A DNA stretch of 64,000 nt from Blastocatellia bacterium (GTDB lineage Bacteria; Acidobacteriota; Blastocatellia; UBA7656). Position numbers and translations under genes: made by a program. This document shows, in pieces, positions 1 to 9,169 of this stretch (the stretch's first letter is position 1; each line of letters begins with the position of its first letter). The stretch covers positions 5,357-69,356 of the forward strand of contig DATFWY010000099.1 of NCBI GenBank assembly GCA_035258805.1. The letters run 5' to 3'. The notes under the pieces are model-generated. The model did not search any database, was not told the DNA's origin, and worked only from the letters and a program-made list of their open reading frames with translations.

Positions 1-2697
1 CGTCGCCGCTCTCCCAAACACAAACCGATATGCTTTTTGTATGCGAGCTTCCGTCGTTGGCTCGCCTTCTATTCTTTTCACGATCAACTCTGCCTGCTGC
101 TGAACAAAATCGCTGTTCATGAAGAACAGGCGCTGTAGAGGCACGTTAGTCGTGTAGCGTTGTTCGGCTGAAATATTGGGACTCGGAAAATCAAACAACT
201 GGAGAAAGTCATCGAGCTTATAGCGGCTGACTTTACCGTAGAGGGTTCGGCGAGTGGACTGCGGCGTCAACGGTTCGCTTGGCCCACCCATCTTCTTGTC
301 GAGCGCTCCGGAGGTCGCCAGCAACGAATCGCGAATTTGTTCAACGTCCATCCGGCGTCGATTCGCTCGCCAGTAAAGCCGGTTCGCTGAGTCCTTATCA
401 TAATTAGCTTTGACCATTTCGTTGCCAAGCTGGTACACGGAACTGAGCATGATTTCGCGATGCAGTTTCTTGATAGACATGCCGTTCCGCTTGAAGAAAT
501 CGGCCAGGTATTCGAGCAGCTCGGGATGGACGGGACGCTCGCCGTTGAACCCAAAATTGCTCGGCGTATCCACGATTCCCGATCCAAAATGCCATTTCCA
601 GATCCGATTTACGATGACTCGCATCGCCAACGGCTGGGCCAGAATTGCGTCCGCCAGTTCGAGCCGACCGCTTCCTTTGCTGAAGCAGATTCGTTTGTCC
701 GGAGAAAGGATCGATAAGAACCCGCGTGGAACGACTTCTCCAAGGTTGTTGGGATTTCCGCGCAGGCTTACCGGCAGATCTACCGGCTTCTCCTGATCGG
801 CAACGCCGTGCACATACGGATACTGAGCCGGCATTGATTTTTTGAAGCTCTCGATATCGGCTTGTAGCGCTGCCAGATACGCGCGTCCCTCGGCGCTAAT
901 CTGACGCTCCAGGCCCCATCCTCGAAATGCGAGGAGCCCCGGTTTGTACTTTTGAATCACGCCCGGCAGCATCGGATCGTCGAGATCGCGGACGTAGACA
1001 TCCATCCACAGATTGGTTCTATCCAGAGTCATCGCCTTCGTTTCAACGGCGCAACTTGGACAAAAATCGTCGTTCGTTACGAATTCATTAGGCTTGAAGA
1101 GAGGTTCCTTCGGCTTGGTACCTGTCAGCGACTTCGCGATTATGATTTCGTTCTGTTCTTTCAAATCTCTGCGTTCGAAGAGGACATCCTGCAGCAGAGC
1201 CTGAAAATCATCGGCCAGCTTTTTAGCTTCCGCCGCAGTCCCGCCCTTAGCCATCATCGCCTGCCAATCCTTCAGGTATGGGTAGTAGCGCGGAGGCTTC
1301 GGCAGAAACCTGACCCATCGCTGCATAAGCTCGTAATCGAGCTTATTCTTTTCGATGACGTCGTTGAGATCTTCTTTGGGTTCACCCGCGACCCGCCAAA
1401 CCGCCTGCATATACTTCGATGCCTGCAGGGTAAGACTCTCTGAGAGCTGTCTTCCTTCATTTTGCAGAAACTCTCCAAGGGTCTTCTCTTTATTCTTAAG
1501 CTTCTTTTCCTGCTCTTTATATTGATCAACGACGCTGCTGGGAACCTGTGGGTACTCCTTGTAGGTTGTACTGGCGAAGACTCCGGCCATCGCGTAGTAG
1601 TCTTTCGTCGGAATCGGATCGTACTTGTGATCGTGACATCGTGCGCAACCTACGGTCAGTCCCAAAAACCCGCGACTGACAACATCGATTCGATCGTGTC
1701 GTTCATCGGCTCGTGTCACTTCCACCGCGCCGTTGTCATAAAACCATGGTCCCTGCCCGAGAAACCCCAGTGCTGGTATTGTTCTAACGCGAGACTTCTC
1801 GTCAATTTGATCACCAGCCAGTTGGTCGCGCACGAACTGGTCGTAAGGGAGATCGTCGTTGAATGCTTTCACGACCCAGTCGCGGTACAAGTAAGCGTGT
1901 TGATAAGGCGCGAACCCTCGGCCCATCGGATCGAGACTTCGGTAATCGTCCTCGCCGTAGCGTGCGACATCCAGCCACAATCTTCCCCACCGTTCTCCGT
2001 ACTGCGGGGAGGCAAGCAAACGATCCACAACCTTGGCAAAAGCGTCAGCCGATTTGTCATTTTCGAAGGCTTCAATTTCCTCTGCGGTGGGCGGAATTCC
2101 GGTTAGATCCAGCGTTGCTCGATGCAACAACGTACGGCGATCGGCTGGCGCAACCGGGGCGAGCCCTTCCTTCTCGAGTCGTGCCAGAATGAAGCTATCG
2201 ATTTCAGTTTTGCCCCAGTGGGTGTTTCGAACTGCCGGCGCGGGCGTCGGATGTAATTGTTGAAAGGACCAGAATGCGCGCCGCGCGGGATCGATCACCA
2301 TTTCGCCCTTCGACACCGCTGGGGCTTTCGCAGTATCCGGCCATACGGCACCATTGCGAATCCACTGCGAGATCGCTTCGATTTGATCGGAGGTGAGCTT
2401 GCCGCCTTTGGGCATTTTCAGGGAGCCGGTCTGTCGAATCGCGGTCACAAGCAGGCTCTTGTCCGGATCTCCCGGTACTATCGCCGGGCCCGATTTGCCG
2501 CCTTTCAGCAAAGCGTCGCGGGAATCGAGTCTCAGACCGCCCAATTGTGAATCGGTATGACAGGAGAAACACTCGGTGGCGAGGATAGGCCTGACTTTGG
2601 TCTCAAAGAAATCGTCCTTGTTCTGATTTTGGGACCAGACGGGCCAGGCTCCGGCTGCAAAAAGCGCGAGAAGAAAAACAAACCGTTGATAGGTCAT
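1..2697 (-). CDS. DUF1549/DUF1553 (PSCyt2/PSD1) protein with N-terminal cytochrome-c-like PSCyt1 motif. 5'-complete, but the 3' end runs off the window start.
   Basis: Manual minus-strand translation from the ATG at 2697 is one continuous frame to position 1, which is why the ORF track does not list it. It starts MTYQRFVFLLALFAAGAWPVWSQ (signal peptide), then CFSCH (CxxCH), then motifs typical of the Planctomycete/Acidobacteria DUF1549 and DUF1553 families (GCARCHDHKYDP). The plus-strand ORFs 952..1443 and 1462..2106 are antisense artefacts. Confidence 0.8.
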   Translation of the reverse strand, partial: MTYQRFVFLLALFAAGAWPVWSQNQNKDDFFETKVRPILATECFSCHTDSQLGGLRLDSRDALLKGGKSGPAIVPGDPDKSLLVTAIRQTGSLKMPKGGKLTSDQIEAISQWIRNGAVWPDTAKAPAVSKGEMVIDPARRAFWSFQQLHPTPAPAVRNTHWGKTEIDSFILARLEKEGLAPVAPADRRTLLHRATLDLTGIPPTAEEIEAFENDKSADAFAKVVDRLLASPQYGERWGRLWLDVARYGEDDYRSLDPMGRGFAPYQHAYLYRDWVVKAFNDDLPYDQFVRDQLAGDQIDEKSRVRTIPALGFLGQGPWFYDNGAVEVTRADERHDRIDVVSRGFLGLTVGCARCHDHKYDPIPTKDYYAMAGVFASTTYKEYPQVPSSVVDQYKEQEKKLKNKEKTLGEFLQNEGRQLSESLTLQASKYMQAVWRVAGEPKEDLNDVIEKNKLDYELMQRWVRFLPKPPRYYPYLKDWQAMMAKGGTAAEAKKLADDFQALLQDVLFERRDLKEQNEIIIAKSLTGTKPKEPLFKPNEFVTNDDFCPSCAVETKAMTLDRTNLWMDVYVRDLDDPMLPGVIQKYKPGLLAFRGWGLERQISAEGRAYLAALQADIESFKKSMPAQYPYVHGVADQEKPVDLPVSLRGNPNNLGEVVPRGFLSILSPDKRICFSKGSGRLELADAILAQPLAMRVIVNRIWKWHFGSGIVDTPSNFGFNGERPVHPELLEYLADFFKRNGMSIKKLHREIMLSSVYQLGNEMVKANYDKDSANRLYWRANRRRMDVEQIRDSLLATSGALDKKMGGPSEPLTPQSTRRTLYGKVSRYKLDDFLQLFDFPSPNISAEQRYTTNVPLQRLFFMNSDFVQQQAELIVKRIEGEPTTEARIQKAYRFVFGRAAT

Positions 2698-2983
2698 AGC
2701 AGCACGATAACGAGAACTGCTGGCGGGCATTCTTTCTTCACAACAGCCGATCATGAGGAGGCTTTCCTGCTCCCTTGAATTCGTAGCTCGTAAACTCTAG
2801 CGCAGCAGCGGCTTACGATCAATGTCAATGAACCGATTGCGCCTTTGCGGTTCTTTGCGACTTTGCGCGAAACAGCACATTCGAGGGCGAAGACTTTGCA
2901 ACGACGACCACAGGTATTCGGCTTGTGGGTGCACGTCTCACCTCTATACCTGACTAACCAACTTTTTGCTATGATGCCGTCCC

Positions 2984-3967
2984 ATGATTCGAATCCTTCT
3001 TGTCATTCCCATTCTCTTCTCCTCATTCTCGCAAACAACTAAGCGGCCTCCACGACCCGGCGTAAAGACCCCCGGCGTAAGGGTACCGATGACCGCTCTA
3101 AAACCTGACGCCGTGTTTGAAGTTCCCGGCGCACCCGACTGGATTGCCATCGATGAATCAGTTTGGGTTTCTAATTTCCCAAAGAATACCGTTGCCCGCC
3201 TCGATCCCAAAACTAACAAAGTGCTTGCCATGGTCGAGGTCGGCAACAAGCCTTGCTCCGGCCTGACCACCGGATTTGGGAGTCTCTGGGTTCCTCTCTG
3301 CGGCGATCAGGCCCTCGCTCGCGTCGATCTGAAGGAAGGGAAGGTGACCGCCACCATTCCTGTCAGCATCGGCGACTCCGAAGGCGGATTGACAGAAGGC
3401 GCCGGAAGCATCTGGCTGATGACCGACAAGAAGGGAACCCTCGCGCGAATCGATCCAGCCACAAACAAAGTTGTGGCTGAAATCCAGGTTCCTCCAGGCT
3501 CGTTCACCGTAGCCTTTGGGGAAGGCGCGATCTGGATTACAGGAACCGAGTCTAATGTGTTGACGCGAGTGAATCCCGAAACCAATCTCGTTGTCGAGAG
3601 CATTCCAGTTGGGAAAGCGCCACGTTTTTTGACGATCGGCGGCGGGTTTATCTGGACCCTCAATCAGATCAGCGGTGACGTATCCAAGGTGGACCCAAAA
3701 ACAAACAAGGTCGTCGAAACGGTCGAAGTCGGCGTGCCGGGTCCAGGAGGAGAGATAGCCTTTGGAGAGGGCGCGGTATGGGTTACGTCTTTCGAGTTTC
3801 CGATCTCGCGGATCGATCCGGTTGCCGGAAAAGTCGTGCAGCAATTTGCCGGCGAGGGAGGCGATGCCATCAGGGTTGGCTTGGGTTCTGTGTGGCTTTC
3901 TAATATTCGCGCCGGCAATGTCTGGCGCCTGGACCCGCGACGGATCGCCGCCACTGTAGCGCAGTAA
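2984..3967 (+). CDS. Secreted beta-propeller repeat protein (YVTN/Vgb-like repeats)
   Basis: N-terminal hydrophobic signal-like segment. About seven repeats of the form [ID]DPxTNKVVxxIxVGxxP....G.G.WV, typical of 40-residue YVTN-type propeller blades. Confidence 0.6.
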   Translation: MIRILLVIPILFSSFSQTTKRPPRPGVKTPGVRVPMTALKPDAVFEVPGAPDWIAIDESVWVSNFPKNTVARLDPKTNKVLAMVEVGNKPCSGLTTGFGSLWVPLCGDQALARVDLKEGKVTATIPVSIGDSEGGLTEGAGSIWLMTDKKGTLARIDPATNKVVAEIQVPPGSFTVAFGEGAIWITGTESNVLTRVNPETNLVVESIPVGKAPRFLTIGGGFIWTLNQISGDVSKVDPKTNKVVETVEVGVPGPGGEIAFGEGAVWVTSFEFPISRIDPVAGKVVQQFAGEGGDAIRVGLGSVWLSNIRAGNVWRLDPRRIAATVAQ

Positions 3968-4011
3968 GAAGCGTGGCCTCACCTAATCGTCTTCTTTTCC
4001 CAACTTTGTGC

Positions 4012-4085
4012 CTTTGCGACTTTGCGTGAACCTTTAAGTGAAGAGGATCGAGTTAGGTTCACTCAAAGACGCAAAGTTCGCAAAG
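4012..4085. repeat. Inverted pair of GCAAAG-N-GCAAAG motifs forming a hairpin. A member of a dispersed intergenic motif family.
   Basis: cctttgcgactttgcgtgaacct...aggttcactcaaagacgcaaagttcgcaaag. Related single-orientation copies at 2843..2867, 7727..7762, 9081..9098 and 57091..57125. A second inverted pair at 58426..58512. Confidence 0.7.
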
Positions 4086-4195
4086 AAGATTCCGCGCCTG
4101 ATTCTCTCTCTTCTCTACCCCAATCCTACAAGCCTTCCCCTTGCTTACCGAGAGGTGTGTCAAGTACTATATCTCGGTAAGCGAGGGGAGAAGAT

Positions 4196-4531
4196 ATGAG
4201 CAAACCATCTGATCTGGTTCAGGGCACGTTGGATTTACTGATTATGAAGATCCTGGCTTTGACGCCGCAACACGGGTGGGCGATTAGTCAACGATTAAAA
4301 CAGGTATCCGGCGACGTCCTGCAGGTCAGTGATGGATCGCTTTATCCGGCGCTACACAAACTGGAACAGGGGGGCTGGATTAAAGCTGAATGGAAACCCA
4401 GTGACAACAACCGCCGCGCGAAATACTACTCATTGACGCGCGCGGGGCGACGAGAGCTGAAAGCAGAGGCGGAAAACTGGCGGCGCTTATCCGCGGCCAT
4501 ATCTTTGGTGGTAGATCTGAAAGGAATTTAG
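4196..4531 (+). CDS. PadR family transcriptional regulator
   Basis: 111 aa with winged-helix PadR signature (ISQRL...GSLYPALHKLEQGGWI...RRAKYYSLT). Lies immediately upstream of the FtsX permease. Confidence 0.9.
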   Translation: MSKPSDLVQGTLDLLIMKILALTPQHGWAISQRLKQVSGDVLQVSDGSLYPALHKLEQGGWIKAEWKPSDNNRRAKYYSLTRAGRRELKAEAENWRRLSAAISLVVDLKGI

Positions 4532-4533
4532 AA

Positions 4534-7206
4534 GTGCAAATAGGAAGATTCCTGTACATGATTCCGCTTCGACTTAGATCGCTGTTACGTCGAGCACAAG
4601 TCGAGCGGGAATTGGACGAAGAACTTCAATATCATATTCAGCGACAAATTGAAGAGAATCTTGCGAAAGGACTTCCGGCACAACAAGCGCGTCTTGCAGC
4701 ACTGCAAGCAATGAATGGAATTGAACAGCAGAAGGAGAAGTGCCGCGACACGAGACGAGTGCATCTCATCGAAGACCTGGTTCAGGATTTACGCTACGGT
4801 CTTCGAATGCTGGCTCGCAATCCGGTTTTCACCGCAATAGCCGTGGTTACCCTGGCTTTGGGCATTGGCGCCAACACGGCTATTTTTTCGGTTGTCAACG
4901 AATTGCTTTTGCGGCCGCTTCCCTTTCGAAATGCAGATCGTCTGGTGATGCTGTGGGAGGTTAATCCCAGCGGTCGTCATCAGAATACGACATCGCGAGC
5001 AAATTTCCGAAGCTGGCGTGAACAGAGTACCGCCTTCGAGGAAATGGCGGCCTTTTCTGATCTACGACTAAATCTAACCGGTGATGGAGAACCTGAAGAG
5101 GTCTCGGTTCAAATGGCTACGCCAGAACTGTTTCAAGTCCTCGGTGTTAATGCATTGCTTGGGCGTACGCTGACACTTGATGACGGACGCGCAAAATCAG
5201 CCGGAGTGGTAATCAGCTACGGGCTCTGGCAACGTCGCTTCGGCGGAGATCCGCAGATCCTGGGCAGACGAGCCATACTCAACGGAACTCCCTTCGATGT
5301 AGTCGGAGTTATGCCGGCGCATTTTCAGTGGCATATCCGAAGCAGATCCGGCACCGGCAAGCCTGCGGAAATGTGGATCGTCCTACCGATGCCGAAGGAG
5401 GGGCCGGCGCTGCTGGGTCGATTTCTTTCAGTAGCAGCGACTCTCAAACCTGGCGTCTCGCTTGAACAGGCAACTTCTGAATTGAAAGTGATAGAGGCGC
5501 GGATTGAGCAAGAGGATCCGCAATATAATAAAGGCTGGGGTGTTGAGATACTGCCGGTGCGCGAACAGTTCGTTGGCAAGGTCCGAACGGGGTTAATGGT
5601 GCTTCTTGGCGCTGTTGGCTTCGTGCTGCTCATAGCCTGCGCGAATGTCGCTAATCTAATGTTGTCACGCGCCGCAGCGCGTCAGAAGGAAATGGCGCTA
5701 CGGGCGGCGCTTGGCGCTTCCCGCCTGCGAGTCATTCGTCAGCTACTAACTGAAAGTCTGTTGCTTGCCTTGTTAGGCGCCTGTCTAGGAGTTGGACTCG
5801 CACTGTGGGGCATTCGTGTCTTGGTGGCCGTAAGTCCGCGCGACCTTATCAATATTCAGGGTACCGGGTTAAATCTCCCGGTTCTGGCCTGGACACTGAC
5901 TCTTTCGCTCGCAACTGGAGTGTTTTTCGGTTTAGTTCCTGCTCTGGAATCATCGAGGCTTAACCTGAGCGACGCACTTAAAGAAGGCGGAAAAACCGAC
6001 GCCGGACAAGGAGCTCGCAGCAGCCGGCTTCGGAATATCCTGGTCGTCGCGGAAGTCGCATTGGCTGTGGTACTGCTCGTCAGCGCAGGGTTGCTGGTTA
6101 AGAGTTTTGCGCGTCTGCGAAACATTGATACCGGTTTCGATACAGACAACGTGCTTACGATGGTCGTGCCTCTGGCAGGTGCCAGATACCAGACTGATCC
6201 GCAAGTCATTGGTTTCTTCCGTCGTGCAACAGAACGTATACGCTCGTTTCCGGGTGTCACTGCAGTAGGTGCGGTGAATTATTTGCCTCTTTACGGAGGG
6301 TTGGGCTGTTCGACCGGTTTTAGCATAGAAGGGGAACCCCAACCACCTCCGGGTGAAGGTCCTTCAACCAACGTACGAGTTACCGACGAAGGCTACTTTG
6401 CTGCAATGGGAATTCCTTTCTTGCGAGGCCGGAACTTCAACGACGCGGAATGCAACGAGGCAAAGCATGTCATCATCGTTAGCGAATTGTTTGCGCGACA
6501 GTACTTCCCTAACGAGGATCCTTTGGGTAAGCGCATCAGCGTTGATATGTTCATAAACCCGAACCCCCCGACCGAGATCATTGGGATAGTCGGCGACGTA
6601 AGGTATGACAGTCTTACAGATCAGGCGGAACCGACGGTTTACTATCCGATGCCGGAACTCACCTATAGCGTTATGACACTTGCGATCCACACCTCAGGCA
6701 ATCCTGCTGTCATCGCTCCCTCAGTTCGCGGAGTATTGCGAGAGACGGATGCGGATCAGCCTGTCTCCGATGTAAGAACCATGGATCAGGTGATGGGCGA
6801 GACGTTGAGCCGGGCGCGCTTCAACACGCTTCTGCTGGGACTATTCGCAGGAATGGCGATGCTGCTGGCAGCGGTAGGGATTTTTGGTGTGATGAATTAC
6901 GCCGTAACTTTAAGGACTCGTGAAATCGGTATCAAAATGGCGCTCGGTGCACGTCCCGGCCAGGTTCTGTTATTCATAATGAGACAGGGACTGACGTTGA
7001 CTCTATTGGGAATTGGGCTCGGCGTGGCTGGGTCGCTGGCATTGACACGTCTGATGTCAGGGCTGCTGTTCGGAGTGAAAGCGACGGACCCGGTCACCTT
7101 TGTGAGCATCGTTGTGCTCCTAACACTGGTGTCGGCAATCGCATGTTATCTTCCAGCACGGCGGGCGATGAAGGTGGACCCGCTGGTCGCGCTTCGCTAT
7201 GAGTAG
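4534..7206 (+). CDS. ABC transporter permease, FtsX/MacB-like duplicated 'ADOP' family
   Basis: 890 aa with two FtsX-like four-TM modules plus MacB-type periplasmic domains. N-terminus LRSLLRRAQVERELDEELQYH is typical of PadR-linked ADOP permeases. The track uses GTG at 4534, and ATG at 4558 (MIPLRLRSLL) is an alternative start. Confidence 0.9.
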   Translation: MQIGRFLYMIPLRLRSLLRRAQVERELDEELQYHIQRQIEENLAKGLPAQQARLAALQAMNGIEQQKEKCRDTRRVHLIEDLVQDLRYGLRMLARNPVFTAIAVVTLALGIGANTAIFSVVNELLLRPLPFRNADRLVMLWEVNPSGRHQNTTSRANFRSWREQSTAFEEMAAFSDLRLNLTGDGEPEEVSVQMATPELFQVLGVNALLGRTLTLDDGRAKSAGVVISYGLWQRRFGGDPQILGRRAILNGTPFDVVGVMPAHFQWHIRSRSGTGKPAEMWIVLPMPKEGPALLGRFLSVAATLKPGVSLEQATSELKVIEARIEQEDPQYNKGWGVEILPVREQFVGKVRTGLMVLLGAVGFVLLIACANVANLMLSRAAARQKEMALRAALGASRLRVIRQLLTESLLLALLGACLGVGLALWGIRVLVAVSPRDLINIQGTGLNLPVLAWTLTLSLATGVFFGLVPALESSRLNLSDALKEGGKTDAGQGARSSRLRNILVVAEVALAVVLLVSAGLLVKSFARLRNIDTGFDTDNVLTMVVPLAGARYQTDPQVIGFFRRATERIRSFPGVTAVGAVNYLPLYGGLGCSTGFSIEGEPQPPPGEGPSTNVRVTDEGYFAAMGIPFLRGRNFNDAECNEAKHVIIVSELFARQYFPNEDPLGKRISVDMFINPNPPTEIIGIVGDVRYDSLTDQAEPTVYYPMPELTYSVMTLAIHTSGNPAVIAPSVRGVLRETDADQPVSDVRTMDQVMGETLSRARFNTLLLGLFAGMAMLLAAVGIFGVMNYAVTLRTREIGIKMALGARPGQVLLFIMRQGLTLTLLGIGLGVAGSLALTRLMSGLLFGVKATDPVTFVSIVVLLTLVSAIACYLPARRAMKVDPLVALRYE

Positions 7207-7348
7207 CGAGGCGGTGAGCATAATCTCCGGTTCGATCGAGCAAGCGGGCGTCGGGATTGGGTGAGTGATCCGAGAACGAAACTGCGAGGGGGGTTTTTTT
7301 ATTGTGAGGATTTCGTCGTGTTGAGAACTCCCTCGTACGGACGAATTC

Positions 7349-7481
7349 AGATTGCAATCCGAAATCTGCAATCTGCAATCCGAAATCTGCAATCTGCAAT
7401 CCGAAACCTGCAATCTGCAATCTGCAATCCGAAATCTGCAATCTGAATCTGAAATCTGCAATCTGAATCTGAAATCTGAAA
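7349..7481. repeat. Tandem 7-mer satellite (TCTGCAA/TCCGAAA units, 21-bp higher-order repeat), about 19 units
   Basis: Direct reading shows aatccgaaatctgcaatctgcaatccgaaatctgcaatctgcaatccgaaacctgcaatctgcaatctgcaatccgaaatctgcaatctgaatctgaaatctgcaatctgaatctgaaatctgaaa. The same family is at 42983..43210. Confidence 0.9.
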
Positions 7482-7797
7482 CGTAACCAGACGCTAAATT
7501 TGTTGCTGCCCACGCACAGCAGTGATTCTCACTCTCATTTTTCAAACTCCGATTCTCCAAATCTCATTCTCCAACTCTCCTCCGCATTGGCTTCTTTTTT
7601 GCACTAAGTAATTCTGGCTTTGTCGATGTAAACGAAACATACACTTCAGAGCCGAGATCAGTACAGATCTGCCATTGAAAGGCATTCTCTGAGTGCGAGG
7701 AAACCTGTATTAGAAGTCGAGTTTCTCGCAAAGACGCCAAGAACCGCAAAGACGCAAAGAACTGATACACCACACATTGATCTCCGTATGAACGGGT

Positions 7798-8280
7798 TTG
7801 AGGTCTTTGGACATGGCTGACCAAACGAACGATGAAATGCGCGAACGCGTGATCAAGTTAGTTTTTGGAGGCGACACTGCGAAGTTCGACGATTTTATTA
7901 ATGTGCTGCGCGAAGATCTGCCAAGTGGTACCGGAGTAGTTATCAGAGGCAGCGCAGTCACTGGAGAGCGCTGGGAAGATGGCGCGCCTTTTGATGCAGA
8001 AGGCGAAGGAACTAGCGACGTTGACCTGACTCTCATTGGCGATCAAGTGATAAACCTTTACAATTCGGACGGTTTTTATATTCCGCTAATACACACGAAA
8101 CCCCTTTGCGACGAAGATCATCACATTGCACCCGACCTAGTTCCATTGCGCGAAAGACTTCAGGGCATTGTTAAGCGGCCGGTCAACATACAAGCAACAC
8201 GTGATTTCGTGAGGTTTGTCAGAGAAGTATTGATCGGCCAGCCACAGCTGGCCATCATCGAGAGAAAGGAAGCGCTTTGA
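7798..8280 (+). CDS. Hypothetical protein with possible minimal nucleotidyltransferase (pol-beta-like) fold
   Basis: 160 aa. A GS...(x23)...SDVDLTLIG arrangement resembles the NTase hG[GS]...[DE]h[DE]h motif with an insertion. TTG start at 7798, or ATG at 7813 (MADQTNDEM). The stop (TGA 8278..8280) overlaps the TTG start of the next gene. Confidence 0.4.
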   Translation: MRSLDMADQTNDEMRERVIKLVFGGDTAKFDDFINVLREDLPSGTGVVIRGSAVTGERWEDGAPFDAEGEGTSDVDLTLIGDQVINLYNSDGFYIPLIHTKPLCDEDHHIAPDLVPLRERLQGIVKRPVNIQATRDFVRFVREVLIGQPQLAIIERKEAL

Positions 8281-9023
8281 GGGTTTCACTTCTCAGCTAC
8301 AACATCCGCTACGGCGGAGTGGGCCGAGAGGATTATTTGGCTTCAGCGATACGCGAGTCCCAGGCTGATGTAATAATTCTTCAAGAAGCTACTCAACCGC
8401 GTGTTGTCGAGCGCCTGGCGCATAACGCTGTGATGCCAATCTGGGCAGCGTGCGAAGGTCAGTCCATTGCTTTCATGAGTCGAATTGCTATCAGCCACTA
8501 TCAATGGCATCAGATTCCTTTTGCGGGACGTGCTTTCCTGGAAGTAGTCCTGGCCGGTACTGAAACTCGAGTCTTTGGCATTCATCTCAGGGCAATGCAC
8601 GCAAACTGGACTGAACGTCGCCGGGTGCGCGATCTTCGCGCATTGCTCGAAAGTATCAGACATTTCCAAAAGGGATTTCACATCCTCGCTGGTGACTTTA
8701 ATACACTCGCGCCTGGCGCCCTTCTGGAGGCAAGGCAGTTGCCCTTGCGACTTCGTCCGTTGTTGTGGCTGAGTGGCGGTCGGATCCGATGGGAAACCAT
8801 CCAAATCTTGTTAGACGCCGACTATGCGGACGGATTCAGAAGCATTCATCCTGATGAGCCTGGATTTACGTTTCCTTCATGGAATCCGCACATTCGACTT
8901 GATTATGTGTTTTTGCCAACTACATTCGCCGATCGGCTCAAATCGTGTGAGGTTCTTGATGATGGCGCTTTAACTAGACGCGCTTCTGATCATTTCCCGC
9001 TACGGGCTGTTTTTGACGGGTAG
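8277..9023 (+). CDS. Endonuclease/exonuclease/phosphatase (EEP) family protein
   Basis: 248 aa with EEP catalytic motifs in the expected order: DVIILQEA, LAGDFNTL and C-terminal SDHFPL. TTG start overlapped with the upstream stop (cTTTGAgg). Confidence 0.8.
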   Translation: MRVSLLSYNIRYGGVGREDYLASAIRESQADVIILQEATQPRVVERLAHNAVMPIWAACEGQSIAFMSRIAISHYQWHQIPFAGRAFLEVVLAGTETRVFGIHLRAMHANWTERRRVRDLRALLESIRHFQKGFHILAGDFNTLAPGALLEARQLPLRLRPLLWLSGGRIRWETIQILLDADYADGFRSIHPDEPGFTFPSWNPHIRLDYVFLPTTFADRLKSCEVLDDGALTRRASDHFPLRAVFDG

Positions 9024-9169
9024 AAGAGTACTCCCCAATCTCCAAACAATTAGAACCGGACATTTACAAAAAGGCGCCGAGAACGCAAAGACGCAAAGTT
9101 ATTGCCGATTTCCAATAGCTGCTCTAAATTTGTTGCCATTTGCACGGCTTTTGCTGAACAAGGGAAGAA

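Noticed and set aside
952-2106. Plus-strand ORFs 952..1443 (163 aa) and 1462..2106 (214 aa)
   Set aside because: They lie antisense to a continuous DUF1549/DUF1553 reading frame on the minus strand (2697 down to 1). Their products are Arg/Leu-rich with no motifs.
2971-3000. tRNA-like gattcgaatcc (T-arm-like) at about 2986
   Set aside because: It is the first codons of the 2984 CDS (MIRIL), with no acceptor or anticodon structure upstream. No convincing tRNA or rRNA was found anywhere in the window.
3158-3982. 274-aa minus-strand ORF overlapping the beta-propeller gene
   Set aside because: No motifs or signal. The plus-strand frame carries a signal peptide and seven regular propeller repeats, so the minus ORF is treated as an antisense artefact.
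7349-7481. Possible CRISPR array
   Set aside because: The units are 7-13 bp with no unique spacers, and no cas genes are nearby. This is a simple satellite, not CRISPR.
7094-7560. ORFs 7094..7513, 7120..7560 and 7261..7446 (also 42773..43114) translated from satellite DNA
   Set aside because: The peptides are pure repeat translations (QIADFGLQIADFG...). The DNA is a 7-mer/13-mer tandem array.
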